DNA of 64,000 nucleotides from Plasmodiophora brassicae (Eukaryota): NCBI GenBank assembly GCA_036867785.1, contig CP145414.1, positions 1,302,001 to 1,366,000 of the forward strand, read 5' to 3'. Shown piece by piece: positions 1 to 9,082 of this stretch (position 1 is its first letter; each line of letters starts with the position of its first letter). The notes under the pieces were generated by a model. It saw only the letters and a program-made list of their open reading frames with translations, ran no database searches and was not told where the DNA came from. The position numbers and the translations under genes were made by a program.

Positions 1-618
1 GCGCCGGATCCCGTCATCAGCACGGTTGTCAAGCGCGTCTCCAGGGCCATCATCAAGCACGTCAAGGGGAAGAGCCCGGTGCGAACCGTGTCGGTCCAGG
101 TGTCGACCAGCGATCGTGTTGCCCGCGTCTCGTTCGGGACCCGGCAGGCGGCCGTGACCTGGACGCACCTGTACACCGCGTCGGTGCATGATTTCGTCGC
201 GGACGCCTACCATAAGGCGTGCGACGGGCAAGGAAAGTACCGCGTCGTCATCGTCAAAGCGGAGAATGGCAGGATCGCGATCGGCTTCTCTGGTCGACCG
301 TCCACGAAGGACGGCACGCTGAGGCACCCGGATTTCCTCGCGAGCGTCCACGTCAACGCGAACGCGTCGCTGTCGGAAAGCGTCGAGATGCACATGTTCC
401 CGTGCAGTTCGAACGTGAAGCCAAGGCCGGCCGACTTCGTGTACAGCGGGCCGACGTTCAGCCGCGATCTGGTGATCGGCGATGGCGGGCCTCGGCACGC
501 TTCATCGAGGCTGGGCACCCATTGCGGCCGGAAAGGCGACCCGGATCCCACCAGCCTGATCGGGTTGTCGTCGTTCGACGTCGACGACTACGAAGTCTAC
601 AGCATTGCCGTCAACTGA
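1..618 (+). CDS. TLDc-domain-like protein, 5'-partial
   Basis: Frame is open from position 1 to TGA at 618. Motifs LYTASVHDF..AYHKACDGQG..VVIVKAENGRIAIGF, GPTFSRDLVI and FDVDDYEVY resemble the TLDc domain. Confidence 0.6.
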   Translation, partial: APDPVISTVVKRVSRAIIKHVKGKSPVRTVSVQVSTSDRVARVSFGTRQAAVTWTHLYTASVHDFVADAYHKACDGQGKYRVVIVKAENGRIAIGFSGRPSTKDGTLRHPDFLASVHVNANASLSESVEMHMFPCSSNVKPRPADFVYSGPTFSRDLVIGDGGPRHASSRLGTHCGRKGDPDPTSLIGLSSFDVDDYEVYSIAVN

Positions 619-704
619 TACTGGCTGTCAGTCGTCTGCCTAACGAATACAAACAGACGCGGACGCTGGACCGACGACGTTGACGAGTTTACTGAGAGCC
701 GCTG

Positions 705-2556
705 CTATAGGTCGCGTTCTTCTTCGCTTTCGGCATCGAGTATGGAGTCCATTGCCTTCATCGGAAGATCGCCGCCCAGTGCTCGATCAACCCAGGCAAT
801 GACGCCATCGGCGCCGTTGCCGGCGGCGTCTCGTCGAGCTCCCCGACCCTTCTTCACATTCCAGATCAGCCAGGCCGGTGATCGAATCTTGCTGAACTCG
901 GCGTTCCCCGGCGATCCGGTCAGGACGCGAACGGCGTCCTTACGATACTTCCGGGCGACCTGGTCGAGCACCGCCTTCTGGCTCTTGATGACGTCGGGCG
1001 ACGCGACGAAAATGACGTTCAGGCCGGTTTTCCTTAATGATGTCGACTTGGATTCGAACTTGTGGACGCCGCCTTCCCCGCTGGGTTTCGACGCGGACGG
1101 TTTCGCCGGCGGGTACTTCTTCAGCATGCCCTTGACGAATTTCTTTATGGATCTCGCGTTGGGCTCGCCTTTGTAGACCGCCGATTTGATTTCACCATCG
1201 GCCGTCTGCGACTGGAAGACCAGCTTCGACTTTGTATCGGTCGGCTTGACCTTGAACTCATGCGCAAACAAGGGATCGTGTAGCTGAGCCTGGCCGACCG
1301 ACACGGTTGAGTGGAATTCCGCAGACACAGATCGCAGCGCGGGCGACACATCCTTCTGGGTCGTTAACAGGATCAGCCGAGGCCGAGTCGCTAGTTGCCT
1401 ATACAGCGGGGCGATTAGCAGGACATAACGAGATAACATTGCACACAGGGTACCGACCTTTGGAAAGAAAACCAGTTTTCTTGACCAAGCTTCGTGACGA
1501 ACGAAGGGATCGCATCCGCAATCTTGCCGTACATGTGCTTGGCGGTGAGCTTGCCACTGAGGACCTCGGGGCGGTCGTGCATCTTGTATGGCAGGAGCAC
1601 CACCGTCGGATACCGGTCGACGTTGAACTTCTGGCACAGCCCCGAATCCTTGGCGCAGTTGACAGCGCCGACGATGGCGGCCCCGTCGATGGACTTGCCG
1701 ACTTTGGCGAACGTGGGCTTCAGCTTTTGGCAATGGCCGCACGACGGCGAGTAGAACATGATCAAGGCGACATCCTTGTCGGGGTCAATACGGCTGTTGA
1801 AGTTCCGGGCGTTCAGAGGAACAACGCCTGAATCGGACGACTCGAAAAAGTCTTGGGCATGGCCGCCGCCAGCGCCACCAAACTGCTGAAATCCACCTCC
1901 ACCAGCCCCAAAGTGGAACCCGCCGCCACCAGTCCCGAACTGGAACGATCCACCTCCAGGGCCTCCGCCACCGAAGAACCTAGATCACAGCATCAGTTGT
2001 TCAGCAGACCAAGCTACTAGGGCCCTGGTACGAACGTTCGGAAGATTTCAGACGGGTCGGTGAAGTGGAACTCGGCGCCACCGCCGCCTTGCCCGAACCC
2101 ACCGAACCCACCGGGTCCGCTACCGCCCGCACCAGCGCCTCCTTTCAGGCCAGCCTCACCGAACTGGTCGTAGATCTCCTTCTTCTTCGGGTCGCTGAGA
2201 ACCTCGTACGCTACACGATTTGGGGAACGACGTCAATCGGACCGATTCCCAGGCCAATCGCAGAGCACCGAACCGTGGCTGACTTTGACGAACTCCTCCT
2301 TCGCTTTCGGGTCGTCCGGGTTCCGATCCGGATGGTATTTCATCGCCAGCTTTCGATACGCTTTCTTCATCTGCGTCTCGTCGGCATCACGTTTCAGCCC
2401 CTGACAACGCCGCGAGCGTTCGTCACCGACCGGCAGCTACGTAGGCAGAGGCAGCGACCCTACCAGAGTCCGATAGTAGTCCTCCTCGGCGGTGCACCCC
2501 GCGATGGTCGACGCGATAGCCAGAAGCCCGACGACTACGACGCGCCGTGCCTGCAT
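705..2556 (-). CDS. ER-type DnaJ + thioredoxin co-chaperone (ERdj3A/DNAJC-like), multi-exon
   Basis: Signal peptide [16 protein letters not shown]..., J domain ([20 protein letters not shown]), G/F-rich linker, thioredoxin motif [10 protein letters not shown]-terminal ERDL retention-like signal. Confidence 0.85.
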
Positions 2557-2885
2557 AGCGGAGTGCGACAGGGGATCTGGAGTGTGTCGCTCGCGCTTCC
2601 CCCGCCGTGACCGAGGCGCGCAGTCCGCACACACGACTGAGAGTACTGGCTGCCACGTCAGCACCAACCCGAACACAGATCATACACATGGCTCCGGCCG
2701 ATCCTGGAATGCCGCGAACGGTGCCGCGCGTCGCCGCATCTGCCCGCACATCACTGGAGACTCGCTGTCTGCTCGCGGCGTGACAGGCGGGCGGGATCGG
2801 ATGTTTGTCGACGGGACCCCCTGGATCAACTGCGCGCCGGCCCCTGCCGATTCCGCGCATTCAGTGGTGGGGTGTGGGCGCCAGC

Positions 2886-3377
2886 ATGACGCGTCGGCCG
2901 ATGCTGCTGGAAGGCAGCTGCCACTGTGGACGCGTGTCGATCCGGATGGAGTCGCGCGCGCCGTACCCGTTCTGCATCTGTCACTGCCATGCGGACACGA
3001 AGACCGCCGGGGCGATGAACTGTAACATTCGCGCGCAGGCGTCGTCGCTGGTCGTGAAAGGCGAGGAGCATGTCCGGGTGTACCAGGCCGAGTACGACGG
3101 CGTCCCCAGTTCCCACAAGCGGCACTTCTGCCAGCACTGCGCGTCGTACCTGTGGGCCGCTGACGAACTGTGGCCGGAATGGATCTACCCGTTCGCCTCC
3201 TGTATTGATACACCGCTCCCGGCGGTCCGTCCCGAAGACCAGCGCCACATCATGACCGATTACAAGCTCAGCCACGTCACAATCCCGGACGACGTTCCAC
3301 CATCGAACCGGTTCCCAGAGTACCCGGTAACGTCGCTCGAGGAATGGCATCGCGAGCGCGGCTGGTACCTCGGGTGA
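2886..3377 (+). CDS. GFA/CENP-V family zinc-binding protein
   Basis: LEGSCHCGRV..CICHCHADTK..RHFCQHCASYLW; intronless. Confidence 0.85.
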   Translation: MTRRPMLLEGSCHCGRVSIRMESRAPYPFCICHCHADTKTAGAMNCNIRAQASSLVVKGEEHVRVYQAEYDGVPSSHKRHFCQHCASYLWAADELWPEWIYPFASCIDTPLPAVRPEDQRHIMTDYKLSHVTIPDDVPPSNRFPEYPVTSLEEWHRERGWYLG

Positions 3378-3468
3378 TCAGCGATACCAGTATACGATAA
3401 ACACGTGCGATCGTTGGGGTACGCCTGGGAAATCGTACCTGGAGCGGTAGTCGCCGGAGAGTCGAACG

Positions 3469-4485
3469 ATGTCGCTGGTCGACCCGCTGGAGCAGACCTG
3501 CCTCGGGCGATGCCTGACGCCGGCAGAGAAGCTGGCAGCGCGCGCCTCTCTGTCTCGCGTGTCCTTAGACGACCCGTTCGGGAGCCTCGCCTTCTGGGTA
3601 GGCGCCTCCGGCATGGCTCAGCGGCTGCCTTGGCCTAACAGCGCCTTCAGGGCAAGATCTTCGGACAGAAGGCAGACTATCTGGTGGCGCGTTCCCTGTC
3701 GACGCGCCTGGAGATCGCCAAGAAGTTCTACTTCAGCGCGGACGGCGGGAAGACATTCGCCGAACTGCCCAAGCTGGACGCCTGGGCCATCGAGAAGGCG
3801 TCCAAGTACCATGGGCAGTTCATCGGCGACCCTGGGGCGCTTCTCGCCGAGTTCAAACCCACGAAACCCGTCGCGGAAGGCGAGGTACGCCCCCATTCAC
3901 GTCGGGCATCCAGGGAGTCCTGACCCGCAGGTCAGGAAGCTGAACCTGAACCCGAGCCGGAAATCGCTCCTCGTCAGATGACCGAACTGGAGCGTCTATC
4001 GTGGACCGTGCAAGCGATCGACGACGCCACACACATTGTCATCAGAGGGGCGTACAGCCGCAACGCTGCAAACGATTTAACGCCTTCGCCGACGTTCGCT
4101 GGGCTTCAGTCGCCCGGTCAGCTGTCCGACCTTCACAACTACGAGCACATGCGAAAGCCGGCCGATCCAGAGAACCAGCTCGCTGAGGCTCGTGCCAAGC
4201 TCCAGTTCACGTCCGATGCGGCACTGGATTCCATTCAGGGCGACGTGCCTCGCGGGTGCTGCTGGACCGTCGTCCCGCAGGAGGGATCAGGTGGCGCCAC
4301 CGTTCACCTTCGCAACCTCGTTTGGCCCGGTAGGCGTGCGATGGTCCATCGCCACCATTAAGGTGTAACGCAGGTGTGCACTGGCAGGGTTTTCGGCACG
4401 CGTGTCGCTTGGATCGCGCCAGCCGGAACAAGCCGGGTACTTTGGTTACGGGCAGCGCAACCAGGACCTGGTCTTCACTGTCTGA
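3469..4485 (+). CDS. RSPH9: Radial spoke head protein 9 homolog, multi-exon
   Basis: Exon peptides LTPAEK..L, TELERLSWTVQAID..IVIRGAY..PTFAGL, SIQGDVPRGCCW..LRNLVWPG, terminal YFGYGQRNQDLVFTV*. Confidence 0.8.
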
Positions 4486-4731
4486 GACGTCGCTTGCGAC
4501 TGTCCGCGCAATACACAACGTGCAGAGTGAACCGTACGCGGCATGGTTGCCCATCTGTCCTGATCTGCATGTGATGGTGACGTCTGTACTGGCCGCGGAA
4601 AGCTACGTACGTGGGTAACACAGACCAATGAGGAGACAGAGCCCACAGCGTTTCATGCCAGCGGAACACCCATCCGGCCAGCCCGAGCAGTGCCATGAGA
4701 CGGTGGAGACGGCGACAAGTCGAAGAAGGGC

Positions 4732-4737
4732 AAAAAA
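4732..4737 (-). terminator. Pol III T6 terminator of tRNA-Asp
   Basis: A6 on + strand (T6 on - strand) 7 nt downstream of the tRNA 3' end. Confidence 0.8.
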
Positions 4738-4743
4738 GGATAG

Positions 4744-4815
4744 CTCCGAGACGGGGAATCGAACCCCGGTCTCGCCCGTGACAGGGGCGAATACTGGCCA
4801 CTATACTATCTCGGA
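4744..4815 (-). tRNA. tRNA-Asp(GUC)
   Basis: Reverse complement TCCGAGATAGTATAGTGGCCAGTATTCGCCCCTGTCACGGGCGAGACCGGGGTTCGATTCCCCGTCTCGGAG folds as a cloverleaf with GTC anticodon and GTTCGATTC T-loop. Confidence 0.97.
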
Positions 4816-5014
4816 TCCCGACACGGTCATCTTCTATGAGCCAGGTCAATGTTCGCACTTCCAGAAGTGCGGGAAGACTGACGCGAGCGGCTCAATGGCA
4901 GACGTGCGTTGGCGGCAGGCCACGCTATTTCTGTCGTCGTCCAGGCAAGGCACAGGTCGACGTCATTTTGGTATAGGTATTCGAGCTGCTGCGTACAACC
5001 ACGGAAGAAGCGAA

Positions 5015-6043
5015 ATGACGACCAGCAACCCCACTTGTCTGCGCGCCGTCTGGGCGCTGTTGGCCCTGTTTGCCGTTCTCACTGGACCTATCGGCGCTAG
5101 CCCGCTCCGCGACGCTGGTGCTGACGTCCACGTCGATAGCGTGGCCGTGGTCGACCGCCTCACTCAGATTGCGACTACGCACACGCAGAAGACGATTGTC
5201 AAGACGATCCGCGACGTCCTCGCTGGCGGAGGCGATGCCACTTTTCCGAATGACATGCCATGGGATGACGAAGGGAACGTTCTGCACTGGGCGGCCCGTC
5301 AGGGACAGATATCGGTCGTCGAGTCTCTGATTCGATTGCCAGGTGTCAAGGTCAACGAGCATGGCAAGAGCGGGAAAACAGCATTGCATTTCGCCGCGTT
5401 TGCAGGACACAAGGGAATCGTCGGCTTGCTGCTCACTGCACCAGGCATCAACGTCAATGCACCGGACGCGTTCCGGAAGACGCCATTGCATGCGGCAGTC
5501 GCCAGTCGTCAGCCAGAGATCGTTGAAATGCTGGCGAAGCGCCACGATGCCGACGTCAATGCCCGCGACCGAGACTTGACAACGGCTCTGCACTGGTCCA
5601 TGACGTGGAACAACGTTGACGTTGTCAAAGTGTTGCTGAACAGCACCGGGATCGACGTCAACCCGAAGGACCATCACCTGGCGACGCCTTTGCACTGGGC
5701 GGCATCGTTGGGCCGTGACACCCTCGTCGCGTTGCTGGTGCTGGACCCAAGAATCAACGTGGCCGCGGTCGATGACGCCCAGCAGACGCCGTTGCACAGA
5801 GCCGTGGCCAACTCGCGTGTCGCTGTCGTTGAGATACTGGTGGGGGTCCGCGGAATCGATACCTCCCTCAAAGACAAGGACGGGAAGACGGCTCTGGATT
5901 TGGCTAGGGAGCGCGAGCTGCGTAGTGTCGAGCGCCTCTTGGGTGGCCGCGGGAACTGCCTATCCGGTATCGCTCGCGGGATGAAACGATACGCCGGTTG
6001 GCTGTTGGAGCTACTGAATCGCCCTCTGACTCGCTGGCGTTAA
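5015..6043 (+). CDS. Secreted ankyrin-repeat protein (7 repeats), candidate effector
   Basis: Signal peptide MTTSNPTCLRAVWALLALFAVLTGPIGA-SP; repeats with TALH/TPLH and PGIxVN motifs; intronless, 342 aa. Confidence 0.9.
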   Translation: MTTSNPTCLRAVWALLALFAVLTGPIGASPLRDAGADVHVDSVAVVDRLTQIATTHTQKTIVKTIRDVLAGGGDATFPNDMPWDDEGNVLHWAARQGQISVVESLIRLPGVKVNEHGKSGKTALHFAAFAGHKGIVGLLLTAPGINVNAPDAFRKTPLHAAVASRQPEIVEMLAKRHDADVNARDRDLTTALHWSMTWNNVDVVKVLLNSTGIDVNPKDHHLATPLHWAASLGRDTLVALLVLDPRINVAAVDDAQQTPLHRAVANSRVAVVEILVGVRGIDTSLKDKDGKTALDLARERELRSVERLLGGRGNCLSGIARGMKRYAGWLLELLNRPLTRWR

Positions 6044-6354
6044 TTCCGCTACTGCACTTCAGCAAGCGCGATAATGCTAAAACGCGACGGCATTCTCATC
6101 CATTAACTCATCACCTTATTCAAAAGACCATAGGACGATGCCGAAACGTTTAGGGTGATTGGTGATGGGCCCTCCTGATCAGCCGAAGGATCGTACCAAA
6201 CTGCAATGTGGAATCTTGGCCTGCACTTCGGAGGGATCCCGTCACGACGTGAAGCCAAGTCCCAGCAGTGTCCCCAACGAGCCCGAGGGCGGACTCCGTG
6301 GCGGACTGCGAAACGACTTGACGTGTCTTCGTGGCTTCGTGCCCAGCGGGCGTC

Positions 6355-7571
6355 ATGGTGGGGCCGGATCTGTCCAACGCGTCAGCGGCATGGGCGTTCT
6401 TCCGGAGGATCGGGTCGCCGCGATATGTGTGTGCGCCGATGGTGGAAGGCAGTGAGCTGGCGTTCCGGATGATGACCAGGTCGCTGGGTGCGCAGCTGTG
6501 CGTGTCGCCCATGTTGCATGCGGCGACGTTTGCGCGATGCAAGACGTACAGGGCGAAGAATTTCACGACATGCCCTGAAGATCGTCCGCTTGGCGTTCAG
6601 TTCGCGTCGCACGACCCGCAGGAACTCCTGCAAGCGTCGTTGTTTATCCAGGACCAGTGCGATTTCGTCGACATCAACCTCGGATGCCCACAGAAGATCG
6701 CCAAACGTGGCAACTATGGTGCATTCCTCCTCAAGGATCGGAACACCATTGAAGCCATGGTGAACCATCAATCAGCAAATCGCGACGACGCTTTATGCCT
6801 GACGGACTGCTATTGTTAGGTACGGATCCTGGCCGAGAACCTGTCCGTTCCGGTGACGTGCAAGATCCGCCTTCTTGACACGATCGAGGAAACTGTTTCA
6901 CTGGCGCGCCTCTTGCAACGCAGGTGTGTGCTGTTCGGATGTGCAGAGACATGCCTTTGAACAGATGGTTGTGCAGTGGATGCTCCATGCTGACAGTTCA
7001 TGGGCGGCGCAAGGAGAACGTTGGCGAGAACGTTGGTGCGTGCGACTGGGACGCGATCCGGATGATCAAGGAATCCGTTGACATTCCGGTTGTCGCTAAC
7101 GGCGGCATTGGACGCTTCGAGGATATCGACGAGTGCCTGCGCGTGACCGGTGCCGATGCTGTGATGGCGTCGGAGGGGTTGCTGGCCAACCCCGCCCTGT
7201 TCTACAGTCCAGGCACGTCGACGTCGCTTACAGCCTCCATTGCCCTGGCCAAGTTGTACATGGAGTTTGCCAGGAAACACGATGCCACGAGAGCCCAGGT
7301 CACGTTGCACGTCGTCAAATTGCTGTTCAAAGCCGTACAAGGTTGCCCGCCGCTTCGTGACCGTCTGTGCAACCGCCCGAACCGATCCGTCGACACGATC
7401 GATGAAGCGGTCGCGTTCCTGGCCGGTCTCGACGACGACATTCATCGTCAGATCGATGCCGCCATCCCTGACTGGTACATGCGACATCGGGTCCCGTTCA
7501 CGACCGTCGTCGAAGGACGCAGCGCTCCCGAACAGCGACCCGCCCAAGCGCAATGTTCAACAACGACCTAA
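6355..7571 (+). CDS. DUS1: tRNA-dihydrouridine synthase 1-like, 2 introns
   Basis: YVCAPMVEGSELAFR, DRPLGVQF, DINLGCPQKIAKRGNYGAFL, TCKIR, LTVHGR, PVVANGGI, VMASEGLLANP. Confidence 0.92.
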
Positions 7572-7969
7572 GTACGTATTTATCGGTGTCTCATGGATCT
7601 AACGTTGTGTGACAACGACGACGACGACGACGATCAGAACAACGGCAAGTAGGAGGGCAGCAAGGATCGCCAGGAGCAGCCGCCTTCGTCCTAAACGTTG
7701 CGGTACGAGTAGCAGTGCCAGTTGCTGGCCGTCGACGTCGACTCGGAGCTCGTCGGAACCCGTCTCCTCTGCCACATAGTTGTCGCCAGGCGTCCCGGTG
7801 GATGTCGCACAGCAGCTGCCCCTCTTCCTGGACTGACGCCTGGACCCGGGCTTCTCTGCGCGCGATTCATCGCGATGTCGCAACGTGATCCCGAGGATGT
7901 CCATGTTGTTCTTGTCGATCCTGAGGGCGTTGTCAGCGTACGGAAACGCTCTGCACGAGTGGCCCGGCG

Positions 7970-8836
7970 TTACGCGAGCAGCATGATGGTGGACATGAGG
8001 TCGTACACCATCTCCCATGCGGAACGCGTCTCCGCGTTGAAACGCTCCTGTGCGTCGTGATCAGTCGGCCATCGAAACGACATGCCTCTGCCGTGGTACC
8101 GGGCCGATGACCTCTTCGACAGTGTCCACAAGGCACCTGCCGAGCGTTGCGAAATGGTCGTGGCCAATGCCCAGGTGGCGGTGCCGTTCGCCGAGCCAGG
8201 CCATCTTCTTGACCAGGGCCTCGAAGTTGGTCAGGATCGTGACCGCGTCGGTCATGATGTGCCCGAACATGACTTCCTGCTTGGACATGTCGCCCGAGGT
8301 GAACAGGTTGCGCGCCTCGGGCATCTCGCTGAACAGGCGCGTGTAGAAGATCGTCTGCATTGTTTCGCCGTTGGGTCCCGTGTACGCGATCGCTTCCAGC
8401 CAGGTCGTCTTGACCAGGTCGGTGACCGCCATGGACAGTTCCAGGAACTCGCCTCTGCAGATCATGTGGGACACCTCGCAGTGGGCGCAGACCCACAGGT
8501 CGCGTTGCGAGGGATCCTCGATCAGTTCCTCCCGAAGCTCCTCGCTGATGTTGACCTCATGCTCGGCGTCGTCCTCGACGAACAGCCGTAGCATGCGGTT
8601 CTCCTGCTCGCGACACGACTCTCTACGTGGCAGTGTAAACCATTGAGGCCAGAGACAGTACGGGGAAGGGCGTGGACGTACGGGTCGGTATCGGACAGGT
8701 ACAGGCAGAGATGGCGGTAGAAGTAGATGCGTTCCAGGGAGTAGTCGCTGGCGGCCGTACGAAGCAGCATGGCCTCACATGCCTTGGACTGCAGGAACAG
8801 TGACAGCAGATCGCCATCCATGCTGCCCGCATCCAT
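7970..8836 (-). CDS. RGS domain-globin fusion protein (251 aa; exons 8836-8682, 8622-8100, 8047-7970)
   Basis: Two GT-AG introns (8623-8681, 8048-8099) give a 756-nt CDS. RGS-like segment DYSLERIYFY..LFVEDDAEHEVNISEELREEL; globin segment IFYTRLF..PEARNLF..KQEVMF..LGERHRHLGI..AWEMVY. Confidence 0.8.
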
Positions 8837-9082
8837 GTCGCACCGGCCACTCTAGGTACACTAAGGCGCTACTTAAGGTCATTGGGTACGCTCACAGACA
8901 TACGCACATAATCAGACCCGATCGATAACCATAAGTGCCCCACAGGAGCGATGGGTTTGCATTCTCGTCTAACGTTAAGAGCCATGGCGATGCTACCTTA
9001 CCTACCGACATATCTACTGATCATCGTACTCTCCAGGAGCAACCTGCCGACGACGGCTGGACATCGTTGGAACTATTATTGT

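Noticed and set aside
2886-3377. Horizontal transfer of the GFA gene
   Set aside because: The family is widespread in eukaryotes and the composition matches its neighbours; lack of introns alone is insufficient.
4628-5014. N-terminal extension of the 471-aa ORF
   Set aside because: It overlaps the tRNA-Asp gene. The signal peptide begins at ATG 5015.
7599-7965. Short ORFs and an (ACG)n tract between DUS1 and RGS-globin
   Set aside because: No coherent protein signature; probably convergent 3' UTRs.
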